Assembly (NCBI GenBank): GCA_031414535.1 | Contig: JANNVQ010000054.1 | Span: forward strand, 118,840-182,839 | Source of the DNA: Gemmatimonas sp. | GTDB taxonomy: Bacteria > Gemmatimonadota > Gemmatimonadetes > Gemmatimonadales > Gemmatimonadaceae | Length of the DNA stretch: 64,000 nucleotides | Direction of reading: 5' to 3' | Shown here: positions 38,705-47,283 of the stretch, one piece after another | How the letters are laid out: every line of letters starts with the position of its first letter | Position numbering within the stretch: position 1 is the first letter of the stretch | Made by a program: the position numbers and the translations under genes | The notes under the pieces: generated by a model | The model's database searches: none | What the model was told of the DNA's origin: nothing | The model's input: the letters and a program-made list of their open reading frames with translations, nothing else

Positions 38705-40126
38705 ATGCATACCAGTCCTAACTCCACGCCCACTACCGAGCCCACGAGCGTCTGGCGCGATATCCGCGACGCCATTCGTGGCTCGGAGCACGACTACACG
38801 CAGGGCCCAATCGGTCGCGCAATCTTCTTGCTCGCCGTTCCCATGGTGCTCGAGATGTCCATGGAGAGCATCTTCGCCGTCGTTGATGCCTTCTTCGTCG
38901 GACGGCTTGGGCCTGCCGCGGTGGCCACGATCGGTCTCACCGAATCACTGATGGTCGTCATCTATACTGTGGCGATGGGGCTCAGCATCGGTGCCACCGC
39001 CACCGTCGCACGCCGCATCGGCGAGAAGGATCCCGATGGTGCCGCGCGCGCTACCGTTCAGGCGCTCATGCTCGGCCTTCTTCTCTCCACGGTGCTCGGC
39101 GTGTTCGGTGCGATCTATGCACCGGAGTTGCTCGCCCTCATGGGCGCCGATGCCGAGGTGCTGGCGGTGGGCACAGGCTTCGCTCGCGTCTCGCTCGCGT
39201 GCAACGGTGGCGTCTTCCTGCTCTTCCTCATCAATGCCGCGTTCCGAGGCGCCGGCGACGCGGCCGTGGCCATGCGCGTGCTGGTGTTGGGCAATGCCAT
39301 CAACATCGTGCTCGACCCGCTTCTCATCTTTGGCGTGGGATTCTTTCCTGAGATGGGGCTCGTGGGTGCGGCGTGGGCAACTGTCATCGGCCGCGTGACC
39401 GGTTTCCTCTGGGCGCTTTGGCACTTGAGCGCTGGTGAGGGCAACCTGCACGTGCACAAACATCACGTGGTCGTGGAGCCTAAGGAGATGCTGAGCATCG
39501 CCAAGCTCTCGGGCTGGGGCACCTTCCAAGTCGCACTGAGCTCAATGAGTTGGATTGCACTTGTGCGTCTGACCTCGACCTTTGGCGCAGCGACATTGGC
39601 TGGGTACACCATCTCCATCCGCATTCTGCTCTTCGCGCTCATGCCGGCCTATGGCGTGGGAGCCGCGGCCGCGACGATGGTGGGCCAAGCACTCGGCGCC
39701 CAGAACCCCGACCGCGCCGAGCAATCGGTGTGGGTGGCGGCGCGGATGAACATGCTGCTCCTCGGCCTCACCGGCGTGCTCTTCTGGATTTTCGCGCCCA
39801 CGATGGTCAGCTGGTTCAGCGATACGGCGGAAGTGCGCATCGTCGCGAGCTATGCGCTGCGTACCATGTCACTGGGCTTCCCACTCTATGCGCTCGGCAT
39901 GGTGCTGGAGCAGTCCTTCAACGGCGCGGGAGACACGCGCACGCCAAGCTGGATCAACTTCTTCGTGTTCTGGGTCTTCCAGATTCCACTGGCCTGGTGG
40001 ATGTCGCAGCGCACGGACTTGGGCTTCCGCGGCGTGTTCATTGCGGTGCCGATGGCGTACTCGGCGCTGGCGATTGTGAGTGCGATTTTGTTCCGGCGGG
40101 GGAGCTGGAAGCAAAGGCGTATCTAG
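38705..40126 (+). CDS. MATE family efflux transporter
   Basis: LAVPMVLE, VDAFFVGRLG, FRGAGD, NIVLDPLLIFG, GAAWAT, GQALGA, GAGDT. Confidence 0.95.
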   Translation: MHTSPNSTPTTEPTSVWRDIRDAIRGSEHDYTQGPIGRAIFLLAVPMVLEMSMESIFAVVDAFFVGRLGPAAVATIGLTESLMVVIYTVAMGLSIGATATVARRIGEKDPDGAARATVQALMLGLLLSTVLGVFGAIYAPELLALMGADAEVLAVGTGFARVSLACNGGVFLLFLINAAFRGAGDAAVAMRVLVLGNAINIVLDPLLIFGVGFFPEMGLVGAAWATVIGRVTGFLWALWHLSAGEGNLHVHKHHVVVEPKEMLSIAKLSGWGTFQVALSSMSWIALVRLTSTFGAATLAGYTISIRILLFALMPAYGVGAAAATMVGQALGAQNPDRAEQSVWVAARMNMLLLGLTGVLFWIFAPTMVSWFSDTAEVRIVASYALRTMSLGFPLYALGMVLEQSFNGAGDTRTPSWINFFVFWVFQIPLAWWMSQRTDLGFRGVFIAVPMAYSALAIVSAILFRRGSWKQRRI

Positions 40127-40193
40127 GACGGATGACGGATGACGGCTACACAGGCGGTCTGTGCGCATCCGTCATGCGTCATCCGTCCTAGAT
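40121..40193. repeat. Palindromic GACGGAT-type element, copy 4, containing both convergent TAG stops
   Basis: ATCTAGGACGGATGACGGATGACGG...CCGTCATGCGTCATCCGTCCTAGAT. Confidence 0.92.
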
Positions 40194-40685
40194 CGCCTTA
40201 AACTCGTCAAACGGCTGCTTGCAGTCCTTACACACGTGAATCGCTTTGCAAGCCGTTGATCCAAACTCGCTCTTGAGCGAGGTGTTCCGCGATCCACACC
40301 ACGGGCACTGCACAGGGGGCTTGGCACGCACCAGCGTGACCAAGCCTCCGTCGTCTGCGCGGCCTGGCGGTGCAATTCCGTACTTGCGAAGCTTTTCGCG
40401 CGCCGACTCAGGAATCCAATCGGTGGTCCAGGCCGGCGAGAGCACGGTCTTCACCTCCACCGATGTCGCGCCAGCGGCCTCAAGCGCGGAAATCACGTCG
40501 CGCTCAATCTCGAACATCGCGGGGCAGCCGCTATACGTGGGCGTGATGGTCACTTCCACGCCGCCATCCTCGCGCTGATGCGCATCGCGCACGATGCCGA
40601 GTTCCACAACGGAAATCACTGGCACCTCGGGATCCGGGACGGTCCCAAGGATTGCGAAGAGTTGATCGCGGCTGAACGTCGTCAT
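40188..40685 (-). CDS. paaD: Phenylacetyl-CoA epoxidase-associated subunit D
   Basis: VPDPEVPVISVVELGIVR, TPTYSGCPAM, PAWTTDW, CPWC, FGSTACK, PFDEFK. Confidence 0.93.
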   Translation of the reverse strand: MTTFSRDQLFAILGTVPDPEVPVISVVELGIVRDAHQREDGGVEVTITPTYSGCPAMFEIERDVISALEAAGATSVEVKTVLSPAWTTDWIPESAREKLRKYGIAPPGRADDGGLVTLVRAKPPVQCPWCGSRNTSLKSEFGSTACKAIHVCKDCKQPFDEFKAI

Positions 40686-40722
40686 GTGAGATGAACGCGA
40701 CAGTGTGGCGCCGCGTTCGCGC

Positions 40723-41565
40723 TTACCAGGTCGCGCCAGGGTGGGCCCGCGCCACGCTCTGCATCGTGGCCAACAGATGCCCGATGTGTTCCGTATGCCG
40801 ACCGCGGCGTCCGCCCTGCTGCATGGCCCCGTCAGCCGGACGCACAAGCGTCGCGCGCGCGAAGACGTCGTTGACCAGCGAATCCCAACGCGACTTGATA
40901 CCCGCCACATCAACGGTGATGCCCGCGGCCTGAGCAGCCACGTCAATTTCGTCGGTCACGAACATCTCGCCTGTGTACGGCCACAAGCGATCCACCGACG
41001 CCTGCACGCGCGCGTGACTCTCCGCGGTACCATCGCCGAGGCGCACCACCCATTCACTGGAATGCCGGAGGTGGTACTTGTCTTCCTTGAGCGCCTTGGC
41101 GGCAATCGCCGCGAGCTGGGCGTGCCCGCACCGCGTGAACTCGTCAAGCAGCAGCACGCTGTGAGCATCGAAAAAGAACTGCCGGACCATCGAATGGCCG
41201 AAGTCTCCCCGCGGAAGCTCGACGAGCAGGCAATTGCGGAACAGCGTGCCATCACGGAAGTACGCGAGCGCGTTCTCATCACGCCCCTTCCCCTCGGTCT
41301 CGCCCGCGAGCTTGAGCAACTGCGCCGCTTGGCCAATCAAGTCCAACGCGATGTTCGCGGTGGCAATGTCCTCTTCGAGAATCGGGCCGTGGCCCGTCCA
41401 CTCCGACATGCGGTGCCCGAGAATCAGGCGGTCGTCGCCGAGGCGCAGAAAGTATTCCACCAGTGGCGCAGCGAACGCCGCGCGGCGTGCTCCGGCCACA
41501 TTGCCGACGCCCGCCTTCGCCTCGCCCGCGGCGATGCCGCCTGCTTCCCCTTCGAGCTCAGCCAT
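40723..41565 (-). CDS. paaC: Phenylacetyl-CoA epoxidase subunit C
   Basis: LGDDRLILGHRMSEW, GPILEEDIA, ALDLIGQA, KEDKYH, terminal HPGATW. Confidence 0.95.
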   Translation of the reverse strand: MAELEGEAGGIAAGEAKAGVGNVAGARRAAFAAPLVEYFLRLGDDRLILGHRMSEWTGHGPILEEDIATANIALDLIGQAAQLLKLAGETEGKGRDENALAYFRDGTLFRNCLLVELPRGDFGHSMVRQFFFDAHSVLLLDEFTRCGHAQLAAIAAKALKEDKYHLRHSSEWVVRLGDGTAESHARVQASVDRLWPYTGEMFVTDEIDVAAQAAGITVDVAGIKSRWDSLVNDVFARATLVRPADGAMQQGGRRGRHTEHIGHLLATMQSVARAHPGATW

Positions 41566-41855
41566 CAGAAAACGCGCATGCCCTGCGGCACCTTATAGAA
41601 CTGCGGGTGACGGTAGGCCTTGTCGTTGCCAGGCTCAAAGAACGGCCCCGCGTCCGACGGGGCGGATGCCGTAATCGCACTCGCCGGCACCACCCAGAGA
41701 TTCACGGCTTCGCCGCGGCGCGTGTAGACATCGCGCGCATTCTGCAGGGCGTGCTCGGCGTCCGTTGCGTGCAAAGAGCCAGCGTGTTCAAAGGGTTCAC
41801 CCTGGTTGCCCTGGGTGAACACCTCCCACAGCGGCCATGATTGTTCCGTTCCCAT
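41565..41855 (-). CDS. paaB: Phenylacetyl-CoA epoxidase subunit B
   Basis: WPLWEVF, HAGSLHA, ARDVYTRR, KAYRHP. Confidence 0.95.
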   Translation of the reverse strand: MGTEQSWPLWEVFTQGNQGEPFEHAGSLHATDAEHALQNARDVYTRRGEAVNLWVVPASAITASAPSDAGPFFEPGNDKAYRHPQFYKVPQGMRVF

Positions 41856-41890
41856 AGTCAACTCTCGATCAAGAAAAAACTCCAAGGACT

Positions 41891-42014
41891 TCACCACAAA
41901 GGCACGAAGGGTTTGGACCCACCTCAGGCATCCCCGCGCTGTTCAACATCAATACCCGACTGGAACAGCGAGACAGAACATGAGCCTACTGGGAGCCCTT
42001 CGTGCCTTCGTGGT
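41891..42014. repeat. Palindromic CACGAAGG-variant element, copy C
   Basis: ACCACAAAGGCACGAAGGG...CCCTTCGTGCCTTCGTGGT (18/19) between paaA and paaB. Confidence 0.8.
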
Positions 42015-42028
42015 CCGTGCAGTTTCAG

Positions 42029-42991
42029 CTACGCTGCTGACGACGTCTTGTCGCGCTTCGCCGCGTGCGCCAATGCCGCCTCGCGCACCCAGGCCCCTTC
42101 GTCGTGCGCCTTGTTGCGCGCTTCGAGTCGCTCGACGTTGCACGGACCATTGCCCTTCACCACTTCCCAGAACTCGGACCAGTCAATCTCTCCAAACTCC
42201 CAGTTCTTGGTCTCAGCATCGAACTTAAGATCCGGATCCGGCAGCGTGATGCCAATCGCCTGCGCCTGCGGCACCGTAAGATTCACAAACCGCTGACGCA
42301 GCTCGTCGTTGGTCTTGCGCTTCACACGCCACTTAAGCAATTCCGCCGAATTCGGCGAGTCCTTGTCGCTCGGGCCAAACATCGCCAGCGATGGCCACCA
42401 GAAGCGGTTCACCGCATCCTGCAACATCTCCTTCTGCGCTGGCGTGCCCTTGGCCAGCGTCGCGCAGATCTCGAAACCCTGACGCTTGTGGAAGTTTTCT
42501 TCCTTGCAGATGCGCACCATCGCGCGCGCGTACGGGCCATATGAGGCCTTCGCCAGTACGGTTTGATTCACGATCGCCGCGCCGTCTACAAACCAGCCAA
42601 TCACACCCATATCGGCCCAGCTGAGCGTCGGATAATTGAAGATGCTCGAGTATTTGGCCGTACCATCGAGCAGCTGATTGAACAGGTCGTGGCGATCCAC
42701 GCCCAAGGTCTCGGTGCCGCAGTAGATGTACAGACCGTGGCCGGCCTCGTCCTGCACCTTGGCAATGAGCGACATCTTGCGGCGCAGCGAAGGCGCGCGC
42801 GTGATCCAATTGCCCTCAGGCAGCATCCCCACAATTTCGGAATGCGCGTGCTGGGCCATCATGCGCGTCAGCTGCTTGCGGTAGCGCTCGGGCATCCAGT
42901 CCTTGGGCTCGATGCTCTCACCGGCGGCGATGCGGGCCTCAAAGGCGGCCAGGAGCGCCGGATCCTCCTGCGGGATGGTCGTCTGGGTCAT
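42029..42991 (-). CDS. paaA: Phenylacetyl-CoA epoxidase catalytic di-iron subunit A
   Basis: [46 protein letters not shown]. Confidence 0.97.
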   Translation of the reverse strand: MTQTTIPQEDPALLAAFEARIAAGESIEPKDWMPERYRKQLTRMMAQHAHSEIVGMLPEGNWITRAPSLRRKMSLIAKVQDEAGHGLYIYCGTETLGVDRHDLFNQLLDGTAKYSSIFNYPTLSWADMGVIGWFVDGAAIVNQTVLAKASYGPYARAMVRICKEENFHKRQGFEICATLAKGTPAQKEMLQDAVNRFWWPSLAMFGPSDKDSPNSAELLKWRVKRKTNDELRQRFVNLTVPQAQAIGITLPDPDLKFDAETKNWEFGEIDWSEFWEVVKGNGPCNVERLEARNKAHDEGAWVREAALAHAAKRDKTSSAA

Positions 42992-43018
42992 GGCCAGAAA
43001 TTTACTATGTTTCCCGGT

Positions 43019-43816
43019 ATGACGCCCACCGAATCCAGCCCTAATGCACGTTCTGACGCCCCCACCGATGGACGCGTCCAGCTATCCATCGCAGACGGAA
43101 TCGGAACTGTCGAGTTTTTCCATCCAAAGGGGAACTCCTTACCCTCGGCTTTGCTGCGCAGGCTCGCCGACGGCATCACGACGTTGGGGCAAGACCCTGC
43201 CGCTCGCGTAATCGTCTTGCGCTCCGCGGGAGAAGGAGCCTTCTGCGCCGGCGCGTCCTTCGATGAGTTCACCGCCCTCGCCGATCCCGCCGAGGGCAAG
43301 GAGTTCTTCCTCGGCTTCTCCAAGGTGATTCTCGCGATGATCCGCGCGCCGAAGTTCGTCATCACGCGCGTGCACGGACGCGCCGCGGGTGGCGCACTCG
43401 GCGTCATCGCCGCCAGCGACTACTCGTTTGCGGTTGAGTCCGCGCAGGCCAAGCTCTCGGAACTGGCAGTCGGCATCGGACCATTCGTGGTGGGAGTGGT
43501 CCTCGAGAGAAAACTCGGCCAGGCGGCGTTCCAAAACTTGGCGGTTCACGCTGATTGGCACGATGCCGTGTGGTGCGAGCGCCACGGTCTCTACTCGCAG
43601 GTCAGCGATAACCTACACGCCCTTGATGCCATCGTACACTCGCACGCCGTGCGGCTTGCCGCAGCCAATCCCGAGGCCATGCACGAGATGAAGCGCGTCT
43701 TCTGGCGCAACACCGAGGACTGGGAGGCGCAGATGGACTCGCGCGCGGCGATGAGCGGACGGATGGTGCTGAGCGACTTCACCCGCGAGGCGCTGGCAAA
43801 GTTCCGCGCGCGTTGA
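43019..43816 (+). CDS. Enoyl-CoA hydratase/isomerase family protein (candidate PaaF substitute)
   Basis: FCAGASF, AAGGALG (no first catalytic Glu), [10 protein letters not shown]; divergent from paaA. Confidence 0.85.
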   Translation: MTPTESSPNARSDAPTDGRVQLSIADGIGTVEFFHPKGNSLPSALLRRLADGITTLGQDPAARVIVLRSAGEGAFCAGASFDEFTALADPAEGKEFFLGFSKVILAMIRAPKFVITRVHGRAAGGALGVIAASDYSFAVESAQAKLSELAVGIGPFVVGVVLERKLGQAAFQNLAVHADWHDAVWCERHGLYSQVSDNLHALDAIVHSHAVRLAAANPEAMHEMKRVFWRNTEDWEAQMDSRAAMSGRMVLSDFTREALAKFRAR

Positions 43817-43850
43817 TTGTCGCTTGACTCGCGCAATCTCGCGCGAGTCC

Positions 43851-45026
43851 TCACGCGTAGACCGCAGTCACCGCTTCTTCGAAGGTCTCGCGGTGCCCGC
43901 CTTTGATGATACGAGCCGTCGTCTCGAAGCCAGCCTGCTCGAGCCTGCGCGCCGCAATCAGCATGGTCTGCACTTCGAAGCGCTGCTTCTCAATCACGGC
44001 GAGGTATTCCTCCACCGCCGTGAGATAGCCCATCATCCCGCCGAGTTCGCAGGGCGCGAAGACTTTCTGCGCGTCGCGCAGCACTTCCACACCCTGGGCA
44101 TCGGGCATCACGAGGTTTTCGCTGCCGCAGATCACCTTGAGGCGGGCGTTAGCCGTACAAGCGGAGATTGACGCGGCATCCAACGTGCCGCCCGCCGCAT
44201 TCACCACGAGCGCGTCCATTGGCAGCGAGAGGAACTCACGCTTGCGCTCCGGCCCCCAAGTGCGGATGCCCATCGCTTCCAACTCCGCGCGGCGTTCCTC
44301 GCGCGACTCACAGGCGAGAATCGTCACGCCGCGGTGCCTCTGCAACTCGCGAATGATGTGCATCCCAATGTTGCCGCAGCCAATCAGCGCAACGGTGGAC
44401 TGCGCGAGCGGGATGCCGTAGGCGCGCAACATACCGTGCAAGAGCTGGAAGTTGCCTTCGCCCGTGGGCACCGAAGTATCCGCCACCACGCTGCCCGCAA
44501 AGCGCGCGTGCAGGAACTCCAGCGAGCCGGTCTTCCCGTCAGACATCCGACCATGGCCGAGGTCCTGGCCCGTCGTGATGTGAATGCCCGCCTCGGACTC
44601 CACATCGTTCAAACAATTCGCCGCCCACTCGAGCATCTCGGCATCGCGCGCGTTGCCCACCCGCCCGTCCGCGGTGGGTGCGAGTACGCACTTGCCGCCC
44701 ACCACCCGCGTGAGATCACGCAGCGCGAGCGGACCACCGACCTTGATCACGCGCGACCAATGCACCTTCTCTTCCATACCCATCGCTAAGGCAATCGCCT
44801 CACGATCCGTCGTGAACCCGGCGGACTCGGTACGCTCGAGCGGGGCAATGCGAAAACCGCCGAGCGAGAGCTTGCCAGAACCCGGCGGCGCATGAGTCGC
44901 GATAGAGAGCACCCAGGGCAGCCTGGGGTGCTGGTACCGATAAACCCAAACGTTCGGATTTCGCGTATCAGACAGCTCTGGAACGAGCTGCGCGGAGTCG
45001 GCTGGAGAAATTGTTTTTCTTTGCAC
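43851..45026 (-). CDS. Divergent Glu/Leu/Phe/Val dehydrogenase-like protein
   Basis: LGGFRI, LAMGMEEK, GGKCVL, TGQDLG, TSVPTGEG, IGCGNIG, ICGSEN appear in the order of the ELFV-DH motifs. Confidence 0.7.
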   Translation of the reverse strand: MQRKTISPADSAQLVPELSDTRNPNVWVYRYQHPRLPWVLSIATHAPPGSGKLSLGGFRIAPLERTESAGFTTDREAIALAMGMEEKVHWSRVIKVGGPLALRDLTRVVGGKCVLAPTADGRVGNARDAEMLEWAANCLNDVESEAGIHITTGQDLGHGRMSDGKTGSLEFLHARFAGSVVADTSVPTGEGNFQLLHGMLRAYGIPLAQSTVALIGCGNIGMHIIRELQRHRGVTILACESREERRAELEAMGIRTWGPERKREFLSLPMDALVVNAAGGTLDAASISACTANARLKVICGSENLVMPDAQGVEVLRDAQKVFAPCELGGMMGYLTAVEEYLAVIEKQRFEVQTMLIAARRLEQAGFETTARIIKGGHRETFEEAVTAVYA

Positions 45027-45104
45027 GCTTAATAGTAGCAGTCACTGGACCAGCTGACCGAAATGTTGCTGTTACAATACTTTTGATGGAAAAGCTTGAC
45101 TAAT

Positions 45105-45122
45105 TGTTGTATCAATACAACA
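45105..45122. promoter_or_regulatory. Candidate XRE operator
   Basis: TGTTGTAT-CA-ATACAACA perfect inverted repeat, just after TTGACT and 12 nt before the XRE ATG. Confidence 0.65.
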
Positions 45123-45134
45123 TTAAGTCTATTA

Positions 45135-45446
45135 ATGAAGACAGAGAATGGACGGGCCGAGGGCCCCAAACTCTTCAATCGCCTCGCCGTTCTGAGAACC
45201 GAGCGGGGGCTTTCTCGGCAGCAGTTGGCCGACGCGCTGGGTGTGAACTACCAGACCATCGGTTACCTCGAGCGCGGCGAGTACAACCCGTCTCTCGAAC
45301 TCGCGCTGCGCATCGCCGAACTCTTCACCTTGCCGGTCGAGGCCGTGTTCTCCCGCACGCCTTTCGCGCCGCTCTCGCAGATGCTCTACTCACGCCCCGA
45401 GGGCGATTCTACCGCATCTACCGCAGACCGAGGCACAGACCGATGA
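45135..45446 (+). CDS. XRE-family HTH transcriptional regulator
   Basis: NRLAVLR..LSRQQLADALGVNYQTIGYLERGEYNPSLELAL. Confidence 0.93.
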   Translation: MKTENGRAEGPKLFNRLAVLRTERGLSRQQLADALGVNYQTIGYLERGEYNPSLELALRIAELFTLPVEAVFSRTPFAPLSQMLYSRPEGDSTASTADRGTDR

Positions 45447-45916
45447 CCGTGCAGATTCCCGCCCAGAGCGTACGACGCCGCAACGTCATTCTGCTCGCAC
45501 TGAGCTATCCTATCGTCAGCTGGGTTCTTTGGATGACGTTGCGCGAGCACGCCTTCTTTGCGCTCGCGCACCTTGCCGCCACGGCGCTCATCTTCTGGCT
45601 CGTTGCTGTAAAGCGTGTGGCGAAGATTGGTAGGCTCATCGGCGATGACCTCGATAGCCGCCTCGATGAACGGCAACTCGCGCTTCGTAATGCCGCGTAT
45701 CTTGACGCCTATCGCATCGCCGGCGGCATCATCCTGCTAGGCGTCATCTGGATCGCACTCGGACTCGACCTAGGAATTTGGTGGGTGCCCTCGACCTACG
45801 ACGAGTGGAACCTCATCTTCTGGGGTCTCTTCATCTACCTCATATCGCTGCCGAGTGCCTTCCTCGTGTGGCGCGAACCGGATCGCATTGATGACTTGGA
45901 GCTTCAGGATGCTTGA
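45443..45916 (+). CDS. Four-TM membrane protein with DER motif (DUF2178-like)
   Basis: LDERQLALRNAA; ATGA overlap with the XRE gene. Confidence 0.7.
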   Translation: MTVQIPAQSVRRRNVILLALSYPIVSWVLWMTLREHAFFALAHLAATALIFWLVAVKRVAKIGRLIGDDLDSRLDERQLALRNAAYLDAYRIAGGIILLGVIWIALGLDLGIWWVPSTYDEWNLIFWGLFIYLISLPSAFLVWREPDRIDDLELQDA

Positions 45917-47243
45917 GTTGCGTACACACCTCGCGATGGTCGCGATGGTGGTGGGAACCATGATGCCGAGCGCGAGCGATGCGCAGCAATCGGAGCACCG
46001 GGCCTCGTTTGATAGTGCGTGGAGCTCAATCTCGCGCACCTACTTTGACACCTTGCTCATTCAAGGCCGTTGGCGCATGTCGCACGATTCATTGCGCGCG
46101 GATCTGGGCACTGCTCCCACACTCGATAAGACCCGCGCGGCCATCCGCGCGCTGATTGCCGTGCCTGGGCAATCCCATTTCGCACTGATTCCCGGCGATG
46201 CATTTCCCGAAGCCAAAGCGCGGGCCTCCGACGCGAGCAGTCGCGGCACCAGCGGCATCACGCCGCGACTCGCAGCCGATACGCTCATTGCGTGGAGAGT
46301 CGCAGCAGGATCGGCCGCCGCCAACGCGGGCATCCGCCCCGGCGACATCATCACGCACGTGGACACCGTTGCCGTGGACTCGGTGCGTCAGCGCTTGCTA
46401 CGTGCCTTTCCCTCAAGCCCGCGAGAAGCGAACTCGCTGTATCTGCAAGTGATGAGCTCGCGGCTGGATGGCTCGCTCGGCGACACGGTCAAAGTCACGA
46501 CGCGTCAGTTGACCGGGCGCAGTGGCGGTGGTGTACTCGTGCTCGGGCCCCTCGAAGGTCGCGTGTCTCGCTTTGGCAACCTGCCGCCGATTGTGATTCG
46601 TGTGTCCCTCGACTCCACCACACTCAACACGCCGCGCGGCACAGCGCAGATTCCTATCATCGCCTTCAGCAACTGGTTCCCCGTCATTATTCAGGATCTT
46701 GACCGCTATGCCTTCTCGGCGCGCAGCGCACAGGCTGTAATCGTGGACCTGCGGGGTAACTCGGGTGGGGCAGTCGGAATCATCGGAGGGTTCGCGGGGC
46801 ATTTCTCGGACTCTGTCTGGAGTCTGGGCTCCATGCGCGGACGCGGCAGCAACCTCCAGCTGAACGCCAACCCGCGCCGCGTCACAGCAGCAAACGAGCG
46901 CATTGGCGTGATCACGACGCCCGTAGCCATCCTCGTGGACGCCATGTCCGCCAGCGCCTCGGAGTTCTTTGCTTCTGGGATGCAGGCCCTCGGCCGCGCC
47001 CGCGTCTTTGGGGAAGTCACGGCAGGCCAATCACTTCCGGCCGCAATGCTGCGCTTGCCCAGCGGCGACGTGCTGATGCATCCGATTGCCGACCACGTGG
47101 ACGCACGGGGCCGCCGAGTGGAGGGAATCGGGGTACAACCTGACACCCGCACGCCGCTGGTCCGTAGTGAACTCGCCGCCGGTCGTGACGCTGCCCTCGA
47201 GGCGGCCAAGGCTTGGCTCGCGGATACGCTTGCTCGACCCTAA
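45909..47243 (+). CDS. S41 family (C-terminal processing) peptidase with PDZ domain
   Basis: Signal peptide, GSAAANAGIRPGD, DLRGNSGG, SASASE, EGIGVQPD. Confidence 0.9.
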   Translation: MLELRTHLAMVAMVVGTMMPSASDAQQSEHRASFDSAWSSISRTYFDTLLIQGRWRMSHDSLRADLGTAPTLDKTRAAIRALIAVPGQSHFALIPGDAFPEAKARASDASSRGTSGITPRLAADTLIAWRVAAGSAAANAGIRPGDIITHVDTVAVDSVRQRLLRAFPSSPREANSLYLQVMSSRLDGSLGDTVKVTTRQLTGRSGGGVLVLGPLEGRVSRFGNLPPIVIRVSLDSTTLNTPRGTAQIPIIAFSNWFPVIIQDLDRYAFSARSAQAVIVDLRGNSGGAVGIIGGFAGHFSDSVWSLGSMRGRGSNLQLNANPRRVTAANERIGVITTPVAILVDAMSASASEFFASGMQALGRARVFGEVTAGQSLPAAMLRLPSGDVLMHPIADHVDARGRRVEGIGVQPDTRTPLVRSELAAGRDAALEAAKAWLADTLARP

Positions 47244-47283
47244 ACTGTAGTCATCGCAGTACCCCACCCCTAGAGAGGTTTCG

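Noticed and set aside
38400..40193. CRISPR array or IS interpretation of the short repeats
   Set aside because: No repeat-spacer periodicity, no cas gene and no transposase in the window.
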